Origin: Octopus bimaculoides | Taxonomy: Eukaryota | Direction of reading: 5' to 3' | Length of the DNA stretch: 38,783 nt | Assembly (NCBI RefSeq): GCF_001194135.2 | Contig: NC_068982.1 | Span: forward strand, 170,838,828-170,877,610 | Part shown: one piece after another, positions 12,147-23,875 of the stretch | Layout: each line of letters opens with the position of its first letter | Numbering within the stretch: the stretch's first letter is position 1 | The notes under the pieces: generated by a model | What the model saw: only the letters and a program-made list of their open reading frames with translations | What the model was told of the DNA's origin: nothing | Databases searched by the model: none | Translations under genes and position numbers: made by a program

Positions 12147-12350
12147 GGTGGCGAGTTGGCGGAAACGTTAGCATGCCAGGCGAAATGCTTAGCGATATTT
12201 CGTCTGTCTTTACGTTCTGAGTTCAAATTCCATCAACTTTGCTTTCCTTCCTTTCGGGGTCGATGAATTAAGTACCAGTTGCGTACTGGGGTCGGTCTAT
12301 TCGACTGGCCCCCATCCCCCAAAATGTCGGGCCTTGTGTCTAGAGGAGAA
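12147..12350 (+). mobile_element. tRNA-derived SINE family 1
   Basis: ggtggcgagttggcggaaacgttagc...tacgttctgagttcaaattcc...cggggtcgatgaattaagtaccagttgcgtactggggtc...gggccttgtgtctagagga. Confidence 0.9.
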
Positions 12351-14232
12351 CTTTATGGGTAACCCATATCATTCATTTTCTCTCTCGTCTGGTGCTCTTT
12401 TTTTGCTTGATCAAAATTTCGTATATTATATCTTCATGGCCTTTCAATCACTCGTTTTTCAAGGAAAAACTGAGCCACATTCTTATTGGTGATAAGCTGA
12501 TATCTTCCTAACAGGAGATTGACTAATGATCATAACTGGTGCACTCCGTCTCATCTTTTTTTTGTCCCATTTAGTTTGGATGACTTCTTTCCTTCGGTGG
12601 AGGTTTTATTTTTGCGATGTTTGGATCTTCTTCGATGACTTACCCATAATTTAACAGTCGCACAATACAAAACGTTCGAATGACAATATTAAATGCTATA
12701 TGATAATAAAATGTATTCTGAAACCTGTTGGAAAAGCAACCACCAGTAAATGCTGCTGTCAGCCGCTCTCCGTCTGTGTCCCTCTTTTTAGTCCTTAGTA
12801 GAAAAATATAAAGTTAACCTTCAGCTTCTCTTTAATTTACCTTTAAATACAGTCACTTAGTCACTTAATTCGAGCAGCCATTTATTAAAACTTTAAGATC
12901 GCAAATATGTAATGTCTGAAGATCTACCCTATTTGTATTCAAGGTCGCAGAATAATTACCTAAGTTACAATTTTTAACCAAAATGCGGATATTCTCGCTT
13001 TAAGAGAGGAAATATATTTCATTGGAGAGCTTAGTGAAGGAGGCTTTGGAAATGATTACCTTAACACAGAGATTTAAAAGGTCACGTAATGTATGATAAA
13101 TGAACGTGTAACTTTCTTGAGGTCTTTTGGTAGAAGAAATGAATATCGATTCTTTGGAAGTGTGTATTTCAAATTCTGCTGGTAAAATATTCAGTGATCG
13201 AAAGGGAGAACCTTGAAACCTCCATCTTATGATATCTATAGCAGTGTATCATCATTGAATGAAAAAAATGTGTTTTCATATGCGTTAAACTCATTCATTT
13301 TATTTTATTTCCAAACATCACAATAAAATATATATTTCAAACACAGAAATATGTAAATAAAATACATAAAATTTTTAAAATTCAAACAAAGTTTGAAGAT
13401 ACGTGTTTTTTCATGTGATGGATAATTTTGGGATATATGAAGTTTTTAAAACATAAATAATACAAGGAAAGAAAACTACAAACAAATTTTCAAATAATAA
13501 ACTTAATTTTCATTTGAAAACTCTAAAAAAAAAATCTTAAAATATCGTAGCCATTAGCATTCTTCTTATCGTATTCTAGTTATATTCTTTTCATTAAAGC
13601 ATACACATTTACATACAGTTACACTGCACATGCATATACAGAAACACAAATACACTCACTATTTTAATAGAAAAAACCGCAAAAAATAACAATATACTAA
13701 AGAGAACAAAACAGCAAGCTCTAGAAAGTTCTATATTTTTTAAATATGAAATACATTTTTAAAAAATTATTTTAAACTGATAAATCTAGGAAAATATGCT
13801 TCTCTCACTTTCTCATTATGTCTGTATTTGACTTGGTTTATCCTTTCATTTAATATTTTTCGTTCTCTCACTTTTCATCTCTTACTCGTCGAATTCGTAT
13901 CAATCTTGATCGCGCATTCCCTTCTGTTGCGTCTTTTCCCTCTCTTATATGATCACTCTGTTTCGGTTTCTTTTCTACCATTTTCTCTTCCACTCACTTT
14001 CGTGCCACATTTTCTTATTTCCATAAATTCCTTTCAAAAATACAAACATAATCATTCTACACATATAAACATAGATACACCCACATATACATATACACAC
14101 ACTCTCACACACATCACACGCACAGATATTCAGATATACACATATATTCGCTCAGACGAATGGGTGAGGAGGTAGCATGATGTACAATCATGAATATCTG
14201 TATATATGCTTTCATCTATTATATATATATCT

Positions 14233-14287
<55 letters not shown>

Positions 14288-15164
14288 CGTGCACGCGAGC
14301 GTGTGTGCGTGCGTGTATATATNNNNNNNNNNNNNNNNNNNNNNNNNNNNNNNNNNNNNNNNNNNNNNNNNNNNNNNNNNNNNNNNNNNNNNNNNNNNNN
14401 NNNNNNNNNNNNNNNNNNNNNNNNNNNNNNNNNNNNNNNNNNNNNNNNNNNNNNNNNNNNNNNNNNNNNNNNNNNNNNNNNNNNNNNNNNNNNNNNNNNN
14501 NNNNNNNNNNNNNNNNNNNNNNNNNNNNNNNNNNNNNNNNNNNNNNNNNNNNNNNNNNNNNNNNNNNNNNNNNNNNNNNNNNNNNNNNNNNNNNNNNNNN
14601 NNNNNNNNNNNNNNNNNNNNNNNNNNNNNNNNNNNNNNNNNNNNNNNNNNNNNNNNNNNNNNNNNNNNNNNNNNNNNNNNNNNNNNNNNNNNNNNNNNNN
14701 NNNNNNNNNNNNNNNNNNNNNGTTTTGATACACACAGAACAAAAACAGTAGAGAAGAGTAAAAAAAAAACCCACTTGCTTTTAGTTAATTTAGTACGATC
14801 GTTTCACAGTTAAGAGCAAAGAATACTCTATTCTGATCTTCAGCTAAATATTCTAATAAAGTTGTTAATGTCTAAATAACTCACGTTAATTTTGACCATG
14901 CGACATCAATACTACGTGAGGAAGACGTTAAGAAATTTATCGGCCAGAGAGTTCAAAATCCCTCACCCTAATGAATTCAATTCAGTGTGTATCATAAATA
15001 GTCCCGCATAGAAAAGAGACCCGTACGAACTTCTTGCGGTTTAACTATTCACCTTAGAGGTATTATTAAAATATAGATATGCAGGGCAGGGAATCGTCAT
15101 GCATTTATTGAGGAAATGCCTTCTTGAATAATTAGAATGAGAAAAATTGAAATCGCTTCAAATT

Positions 15165-15240
<76 letters not shown>

Positions 15241-15336
15241 GTCGACGTTACTGTTGCAGTTATTCCCAAATTATTGTTACAGTTTTTATAATATTAGCAC
15301 AGCTGACCGTTATCAAATACATACATACACATATAT

Positions 15337-15399
<63 letters not shown>

Positions 15400-15400
15400 A
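15165..15400. repeat. (TAC)n and (CA)n(TA)n microsatellites
   Basis: Direct inspection. Confidence 0.9.
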
Positions 15401-16201
15401 AATATTATAATAAAAACACAAGTCTCGTTAAATACAGATACCAGAAGCCTCCTGGTCGAAACGTTTATTTCTTTCGCCATTCTTCAAGCTGAGGAAAAGA
15501 CCGTTTGTTAGTTGGCTTTTGAGCAGATGACGTTTAAAGGAAAGACGCTGATAAGGAGGAAGACAAGAAGAAAAGCACAAGGAAGAAGACCAACATTACT
15601 GTAAATCAATATAAAGCAGACATGGCTAAGATATTGATGTTTCATTATGTTTCAGGTGGCCTATTTCTACATTCCACCTACATGTGTTTCTAAAAATGTG
15701 GAAGTACAGAAAAGATCTCGTTTGTAGAGTTTATATAGTCGTTGGAGGCTGTCGTTATTATTAGTTTTACTATCTAGTCTCGCTATCACTACCAAATTTC
15801 ACCATTAGTACAGCTATCACTATTTCGTGACAAACGTTACTGTACACTTTATCAAGAAATCTATTATGGATGGCGAGGTCGCCTCGCCGAAACGTATCCA
15901 AGTTTTCAATGTTGCAGATGTAAGTAAAACATAATAGATATTTAAACTGAAATTTCTTGAAAAAATGAAATCAAATTATATACCGTATTCATACTGTTAT
16001 TCTGCGTGTAAACAAAAAGTAAACAAATGATTTTAATTAGCCTTTAAATTCCTGGTTACGTCTCCATTAGCACAAACATTGATTGTAGGGCCAAGCGAAA
16101 AAAAAATACAATATATGAATATTCAAACATCAAGTACTATATTGAAGAGAGACTGAGAGAGCCATCAGCCTTCCAACGTAGATCAGAAGCGAACATTTAC
16201 G

Positions 16202-16207
16202 TCATCG

Positions 16208-16259
<52 letters not shown>

Positions 16260-16735
16260 TATTATCATCATTATTGTTTTGGTTTGGCTCTGGTTCGGCC
16301 TTATTCCTGGTAACATTATGTGGTTAGTAGGTTACTACCTATAACTGTAGGTTTCTACAAGTTTTAAGCTGTCTTTCAAGTGCTTAGAACTCTCCTGATA
16401 ATCCTTGCTGTCCCTAAGAGACAAAATGTCTGTAGGAACTCTACCGGGCATTCTATTGCAATCTTCTTCAGCCATGTTTTTATATCTTTACTTAATGTTC
16501 CCAGCGCAACAATTAATACAGGCACAACCTTTACTGTTCCCATGCTACAAATCCTCCTTATTTCAAATTTTAAGGGATTGCATTTGGGGTTTTTGTCCTC
16601 TTTCTTTACGATCCCGGAAACAAATGGGCATGATGGGTCGATCAGTAAGCAACTTTTCATTTCCTTATCAATTGTTGTTAATTCTGGTCTATTATTTTCT
16701 AACTTCTTGTCCGTGTGAATTGGAAAGTCCCACAT
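16202..16735 (-). mobile_element. 5'-truncated R4/Dong-type LINE, same family as 3918-4295: RLE domain, 3' UTR and (GAT)n tail
   Basis: ORF 16376-16735 reads WDFPIHTDKKLENNRPELTTIDKEMKSCLLIDPSCP...LGTARIIRRVLST, with an RLE PD..D-type motif. The tail occupies 16202-16275. Confidence 0.92.
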
Positions 16736-16802
16736 GCTAGTCTTTTCCTGAACTGTATTATCTTACCTTACATGAAAATTCAGCCAGCCGTTTCCAAAAA
16801 TG

Positions 16803-18086
16803 TTTCTTCTTCTTAAAGTTTATTGACATCAATGTGTTTGGATTGAATTTGTCAAAATCAAGCGTGGAAAACAACATCCATCATGTGGTGTCCGTTTTCA
16901 TCCATGCATTTCTGAAGGCGTTCTTGGAAGTTGACCTCCACTCTCTCCACCATTACTCTGTCGATCTGGTTGACTTCCACGCGAGTAGCTTCCTTCAAAT
17001 CGTCTAGTGTACGGGGCTTATGCACATACGAGGCATATGTGCCTTGAGGTTTCCCTATAAGAAATAATCACACATGGATATATCAAGTGTCAGAGGGGCC
17101 AATGAATGTTAGCAAACTTGGAAATGAGGCGGTCATCGAAGAGAGGGCAATGAACGTCCATTGATGTTCTGGCTGTGTGGGCCGTCGCTTCAACTTGTTG
17201 AGACCACACACGTCGAATAGGAATCCGTTTTCGTCGTAATTCAGGCACAAGGAAGTTATTTATCATCTCGATGTAATGTTAGGTGTTCACAATAACAACG
17301 TTTTCATTATTGTCTTCGAGCAAGAAAGGAACAATGTCGACAGCTTTTCCAGCAGCACACCAAGCCTTCACTTTTCTGCTGTGCAGTGGTCTTTCATGAG
17401 TTCTCTCGGATTTTCAAGAGCCCAATAACGACAGTTCTGTTGATTCACCATGTCACTGAGTTGCTGAAAATTAGCTTCATCACTCATTAACAAAATGAGA
17501 TCGTCATTTGCCTGAAAATTACTTCCTTCTCACGTGCGAAGTTAAGCCGATGTGCATGGTCACATGGTTTCAACTGTTACACAATGAAACATTTTACGGG
17601 AGTGGTGGTGGAGATGGGGGAATGCAGGTCTTCATACAAAATACGCTTTTCCGATCGATTATTGATGCGAATTTCAGTGGAATGCCGCGAAGCAGAGCGA
17701 TTTGGACTCCGTATTAAAACTTGTCTGACGTGTTCCACATTTATCCGAATTCCGTACCATTCGCGGCGCCCTCACCGGTCTCGTATTCATTAGTGTACCT
17801 CGTGTACAAATTGTATTCACCAAACGTAAGATTGTGTTACGGGTGAGAACAGCCTGATTTCGATGACTGTTGAAGTGATGCCGAAACTCACGCTGAACTG
17901 CTGTGACAGACTCGTTATTATTCACGTAACTGTCGTAGGCAAACACGCGATGCTCTAATGTCTACAACACCATGGCTTCACCTGAAAAGAAAAAAAATGC
18001 ACCACGGAACGAATGGTACCTGTCTCTTCCCCTGAGGCTGAGTAATAGCCATTTCAAAAGCGTCCGTCCTCTCTGTCCGCCCGGTA
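16803..18086 (-). mobile_element. Tc1/mariner DNA transposon, DD41D (rosa/Visitor)-type, inactivated
   Basis: Transposase remnants listed in the next feature. One end reads TA-ccgggcggacag... at 18086-18073 and is embedded in a TA run. The other terminal inverted repeat is not recognisable. Confidence 0.85.
16858..17973 (-). pseudogene. Tc1/mariner transposase pseudogene with DUF4817-like N-terminal HTH
   Basis: MVL*TLEHRVFAYDSYVNNNESVTAVQREFRHHF...LLMSDEANF...NQQNCRYWALENPRE...WSQQVEATAHTART...HWP...DISMCDYFL*GNLKA...RLQKCMDENGHHMMDVVFHA*. Several frameshifts and stops; the second catalytic Asp is changed to Val. Confidence 0.9.
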
Positions 18087-18095
18087 TATATATGT

Positions 18096-18159
<64 letters not shown>

Positions 18160-18193
18160 CTATATATTTGTGTGTGTCTGTGCATATGCGTAA

Positions 18194-18472
18194 AGGTGCG
18201 TAGCTTAGTGGTTAGGGTATTCGACCCCTATCGGAAGGCGTTTTGTGTCCTTGAGCAAGACAATTTATGTCATGTGCTCCACTGAACCCAGCTGGCAAAA
18301 ATGAGATGACTTTGTAATTCAGAAGGCCACGCTGAATCTCCCCAAGAATTATGTTAAAGGTACGCGTATTGGTGGAACGCTCAGCAACTTGCACGTTAAT
18401 TTCACGAGTAGGCTGTTACGTTGATTGGTTCACCTGGAACGACGGGTTGTCAGAGTGGTAGAGTACCAGATG
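18194..18472 (+). mobile_element. tRNA-derived SINE family 2 with a CORE-like central domain
   Basis: Head tagcttagtggttagggtattcg (A-box-like). The centre gtgtccttgagcaagacaattt...cagctggcaaaaatgag resembles the MIR/CORE domain. An (ACAT)n run follows. Confidence 0.75.
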
Positions 18473-18512
18473 TTATACATACATACATACATACCCACAA
18501 ATACATATATAC

Positions 18513-18565
<53 letters not shown>

Positions 18566-18604
18566 NNNNNNNNNNNNNNNNNNNNNNNNNNNNNNNNNNG
18601 AGAA

Positions 18605-18665
<61 letters not shown>
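18473..18665. repeat. (ACAT)n(TA)n, gap, (GA)n microsatellites
   Basis: Direct inspection. Confidence 0.9.
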
Positions 18666-18667
<2 letters not shown>

Positions 18668-19885
18668 CTTCATCTATATTTCAGTGGAAGGAAAGAAAAG
18701 ATTAGTGTTACCTTCAAGATTCTCAAAATATATCACCATGGTGTGAAAACATAATTTGTTCCAGTGTGAAAAAGACCTGATCACTAAGTTTCTCTCAGGG
18801 ACTCCGCCAATTTGGTAGCTAATCCAAGGGCAGCTGCATAACAAAATCTTAATTAAGATACCTTAAATCATTTAGTTTAATATAATATATTCTGAATTGA
18901 GATCTTATCGCGGAGACCTGTATGACTCATCCATTGCACTGGGCACATTCTAATACAAGTTTCCTATCAAATTAAACTACCGCCAGGTGTACAAATTGTG
19001 GCAGAGGTCCCTAGCCGAGAAATCAATATGCTAAGCTGTCATTTACGATAAATCGCTGAGATTTGCAGTGAATGCTGGATGTTCCACAAACCAGACGAAC
19101 TAACAAAAAAAAAAAAATCATTCATAATATATTTGCAAGTCCACATATTTTATAGTTTTACATTATTGAATAGATTTCCAGGTGTCGAAAATCATGTGAA
19201 TGGAAATATACAAAATCACAATAATAGAGCAATTGATAAAAGGTAAGACGAGAGGAAAAGTTGTGCATAAAAATATGTGTAATTATGAATTTTATATCCG
19301 GTGAAATTTTTGCTTCCTCCGCTGTAAAGAAGCAGAGGAAACAGAAATGTCAAAGCTACAGGCCTAAACACTTGGGTACCACTAATTCTCACATATACAC
19401 ATATATACACATATATGTATGAATGAAACAAACACATATATATGACTATATATATATATATATATACACTATATATATATACACTCACACACACACACGC
19501 ATATATTTATATATACATACATATATATACACACACAATTATTCATATATACGTATATGCGTGTAAGTCTATATCTGTGTATGCATATGTGAATGTGTGT
19601 ATATATTTGTATATCCATCTTGATAGGTCATTACATCAGAACGATCAGTTGGATTTCTACTCAATTTTAAATATTTATAAATGTGTGGACGGATGATTGT
19701 GTGTGCTTAGTTTGTTGGTCAAGTAACTATACCAGCTTTGAAACATCCATGTATGAAGTTACGTAGTTATGAGGTTGCGTATAAGCATATATATATATTG
19801 CACTGTGCACATTCTATTACATATATATGTGTATCTATCTATGAATCTGTCTATTTATACATCAGTACATACATACATAATACAC

Positions 19886-19965
<80 letters not shown>

Positions 19966-20499
19966 ATGTGTGTATGTATATTATGCAGTTTTGTCTGCAA
20001 TCTTTTTCTATGTTAATGTCTAAGAGGTTCATTTATAATTCATGTTGAACCGAAATGTACCATCCTTCCGTTCGGTTCATAAAAAATAATTGTAAGCTGC
20101 ATCGTAGAGAAATTTATAGCATTTTGGAAACGGCTGAATTATTATGTAAGGTAGAATAATAAATAAAGTTCATGAAAAGAATGGCATATTTCATAAGTGT
20201 ATTACATCTGTATAGAGTATCTTCTAGAATATGACTGTGCGTGAAAGAAATACCTAAGCAACCACTGAAATTTCATAAGTACTAATCATCCCGTACTTGC
20301 GTACGTTTTATACTTGTCCTAATAAACATCGGAGAATATATATCATGCGCCCTTCACGTGGATATAAATGTATATGCCACATATTCTGTGCATGAAAGTT
20401 CATAAGCAAGCAATTCGTTACGTAATATAGGTCAGCGAATATTTTTGTTTCCATGTTATCATTCAGTAATTACATTTTAAATGTTTAAATAATTAGTAA

Positions 20500-20690
20500 C
20501 AACAACAACGGTGATGATGATAATGATGATGATACTACTGCTAATAATAATCCTTTCTACTAAAGCAAAGGGCTTGGAATTTGGGGAGAGGGGATCAGTT
20601 GATTACATCGACCCCAGTGTTTCATTGGTACTTAATTTATCGACTCTGAAAGTAGGAAAGGCAATGTCGAGCTCGGCAGAATTTCAATTC
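20500..20690 (-). mobile_element. SINE family 1, 5'-truncated, with tail at 20500-20550
   Basis: Reverse complement contains aaattctgccgagctcgacattgcctttc...gtcgataaattaagtaccaatgaaacactggggtcgatgtaatc. Confidence 0.85.
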
Positions 20691-20692
20691 AG

Positions 20693-21030
20693 GCCTACAA
20701 AATGTAGATATGATCTGAAAGACCCGATGCAGTTCGCCCATGTCCACATTGGGGTATTCGGGAAATCCAGTCGGTACCTGTCAGCCCACTGGAAGCGGCT
20801 GAGGATGTTTGTGAGGCTTTTATACACCAGCTCCTGTCAACTACCCATCACCATCCAGGCGTTTTAGTCACCCACTGGAGCGTGACGTCTCAATGAAAAT
20901 CTCCAAACATCTGAAGAAATCTGGCTGCCCCGCAACCGTGCAGGCGTAAACAGCAACTAATTTAAAGGCACCACCTTCACTGTCGCTCATGTCCAGGACA
21001 AACAACTTACCCTCTAGGTCCAGGAAGAGC
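20693..21030 (-). mobile_element. Tx1/L1-clade LINE APE-endonuclease fragment
   Basis: Minus strand translates LFLDLEGKLFVLDMSDSEGGAFKLVAVYA...QPDFFRCLEIFIETSRS, then YKSLTNILSRFQWADRYRLDFPNTPMWTWANCIGSFRSYL. This is the pattern of the APE domain from the VAVYAP motif to the TW...SxLD motif. Confidence 0.75.
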
Positions 21031-21172
21031 ATCAATAATAATGTTTTAAATTCTGCCAGAAGGCTAGCAATAGTTGGAGAGGTTATAAGTCGATTACATG
21101 GACTCTAATTCTAAACTTACTTTATCGACCCCGTAGGGATGAAAGTCATATTGACTTTCTCATGTTTGGAAC
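21031..21172 (-). mobile_element. SINE family 1, strongly diverged 3' part
   Basis: aagtcgattacat...acttactttatcgaccccgtagggatgaaagtc matches the reverse-strand family 1 body. Confidence 0.55.
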
Positions 21173-21357
21173 GAAAGTCAATTACCTGCCACTTTCTATT
21201 CTTTTTGTCTGCAACTACTAAATGAGGCTTTCTAGCTTCTTCTACTCTGTCAGCATTTATATTTCTTACTTCCTAGCACTTTAGAAGGTCCATGCTCATA
21301 TCACTTATTAATATAATCAAATCCTAGCTTTGTACAAAACTTCTAGTATGCGACTAT

Positions 21358-21505
21358 TAACATTCTGAGTTCAAATTCCACTAAGGTCGACTTTGCTTTT
21401 CGTCCCATCGGGATCGATAAATTAAGTACCAGTGAAATACTAGGGTCAATCTAATTGACTGGTCCTCTCACCCAAAATATCAGGCTTTTGCCTTTATTAG
21501 GAAGG

Positions 21506-21586
<81 letters not shown>

Positions 21587-21604
21587 ATTATTATTATTAT
21601 TATT
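21358..21604 (+). mobile_element. SINE family 1, 5'-truncated, with (ATT)n tail
   Basis: ttctgagttcaaattccactaaggtcgactttgc...gatcgataaattaagtaccagtgaaatactagggtc...; tail 21506-21604. Confidence 0.88.
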
Positions 21605-22208
21605 GGGTGAGAGAGCAGTGCTTCAGAAGCCATGAAAGCCACTGACTAGTATTGTACCAGGTCAATTATGATTATTACTAGCCCTATTTCGTCAAAAATG
21701 ACGGCTAATTGTAGTATTTTATGTATAAATAAGGTACAAAATAAGGTGCATAATAATCACAGATACAAACATTCACATACTTCCCTTGTACAAGCACACA
21801 CACACGTACTCACAAAAAGCTGAAACGCTGTTTGATTTTCCTTTTCAGCGTTGAATGTTCACCATCACACTTCCATTGCACACATACAAATACACACACA
21901 CACACACACACACATACACACACACACACACACTCACACACATACACTCATACACACATTCACGTGACTCACTATGATATAGACACACATATACTCACGC
22001 TGTTTGATATTTTTTATCACCATTGAACTTCCATCATACCATTACCAACTTTGCCATCATCCCTTCCTTCGTTATTTACCTATCACCCCTTCCTTTCTCA
22101 TTCATATGTTGGGACGGAGAAAAACAGAAGATACATGACGCGCCACTTATATATATATATATACACACACACATATATAAAACACAACACGAATTCATAT
22201 GTTAGGAG

Positions 22209-22842
22209 ATAATTATTATCATTATATGTTTGACTTTTGCTTTATATTTGTAAAAGTTGACTCCATGTCGTACCCAGAGACCTCAAGAGAGAACGAGTTA
22301 GAAATTAAAGCTGGTGTTATGCCTAGGGTGCCATATATTTGGTTTTACACAAAGTATTGTCCTCAAGAATGTTTAAGAAAATATGAAAATGATAAGGTTG
22401 CTTTAAAATTTGAGATTACAGTACTTCACGTAGGATATGGGCAGTTCCCATGAACACTATCTTTTGAATTTCTGCCATTTTGGGGTTTCCTTGTATCTGA
22501 GCTAGGTAGGAATCAACCCCTTTTGCTATCATTCTTAGGGCACCTATGGTTTAGTCTTCAGGTTCCACATTTTGCCATTTTCTATTTAAGATCTTTATAC
22601 TTGCTCAGTTTTTGGTAGGTCTTGACTGATACATCTATGTTGATTGGGACAGTCATATCAATGAAGAGGCATGATTTTTATCTGAAGTCTTTCAATGTAA
22701 TGTCTGGCCTATTCGCATCTATGTTTCTGTCAATTAGAACGGTGAAGTTCCAGAGGAGTGAGAAGTGGTCATTTTCAATAACTGGAGATGGTTTGTGTTG
22801 TTCCCACCTGCTTCTATCATGGGGCACGTTTTTGCAAATTAC
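22209..22842 (-). mobile_element. 5'-truncated R4/Dong-type LINE: RLE domain and 3' UTR, same family as 1-154
   Basis: WEQHKPSPVIENDHFSLLWNFTVLIDRNIDANRPDITLKDF, then KSCLFIDMTVP...KLSKYKDL...EIQKIVFMGTAHILREVL* (stop 22416-22418), a 3' UTR and a short ataatgataataat tail. Confidence 0.92.
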
Positions 22843-23729
22843 CCTTATATATACACACGCGAGTGAATGGACAGACGAAAGGAGGGCACTCAACTAATTT
22901 ATTGGGAGTTACATGTATAGATCAAAACAGTTTGATTCAAATTCCACTGTACACCTGCGTTTCAAGCACGATGCCCGTCGTCAGCCATTCAAATTCAAAT
23001 TCAAAATAGTTGACGACTAGTATCGCGCTTGATACTCAAGAGTACCATCGAATATCAATCAAACTGTTTTAATCCATATATATACATATATATATATANN
23101 NNNNNNNNNNNNNNNNNNNNNNNNNNNNNNNNNNNNNNNNNNNNNNNNNNNNNNNNNNNNNNNNNNNNNNNNNNNNNNNNNNNNNNNNNNNNNNNNNNNN
23201 NNNNNNNNNNNNNNNNNNNNNNNNNNNNNNNNNNNNNNNNNNNNNNNNNNNNNNNNNNNNNNNNNNNNNNNNNNNNNNNNNNNNNNNNNNNNNNNNNNNN
23301 NNNNNNNNNNNNNNNNNNNNNNNNNNNNNNNNNNNNNNNNNNNNNNNNNNNNNNNNNNNNNNNNNNNNNNNNNNNNNNNNNNNNNNNNNNNNNNNNNNNN
23401 NNNNNNNNNNNNNNNNNNNNNNNNNNNNNNNNNNNNNNNNNNNNNNNNNNNNNNNNNNNNNNNNNNNNNNNNNNNNNNNNNNNNNNNNNNNNNNNNNNNN
23501 NNNNNNNNNNNNNNNNNNNNNNNNNNNNNNNNNNNNNNNNNNNNNNNNNNNNNNNNNNNNNNNNNNNNNNNNNNNNNNNNNNNNNNNNNNNNNNNNNNNN
23601 NNNNNNNNNNNNNNNNNNNNNNNNNNNNNNNNNNNNNNNNNNNNNNNNNNNNNNNNNNNNNNNNNNNNNNNNNNNNNNNNNNNNNNNNNNNNNNNNNNNN
23701 NNNNNNNNNNNNNNNNNNNTATGTATGTA

Positions 23730-23772
<43 letters not shown>

Positions 23773-23875
23773 ATAAATTTGTTCTAGACATTATTTCCTG
23801 GAAATAAGGGTGCAAATGTTGAGCTGACAACGTGACGCAGATAATTATTAGGGCATCTTGTTTTCTGTGAATGAG

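Noticed and set aside
11900-12650. Possible decayed retroelement interrupted by the 12147 SINE
   Set aside because: I could not recover any diagnostic protein motif or a convincing target-site duplication.
15645-15690. Minus-strand aggtgg/ccacct hairpin followed by gaaacata
   Set aside because: No stem I pairing and no core remnant, so it is too weak to call a hammerhead.
16770-16830. Left TIR of the DD41D transposon
   Set aside because: No convincing match to the reverse complement of the 18050-18084 end.
18799-18814. 16-nt micro-exon that would bridge the 15919 donor (phase 0) to 19182 (phase 1)
   Set aside because: The acceptor is good but the donor GTAGCT is poor. It was chosen post hoc to fit phases.
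21603-21660. gggtgagagagcagtgc after (ATT)n, reminiscent of an octopus repeat 5' end
   Set aside because: Too short and based only on recall; there is no second copy in the window.
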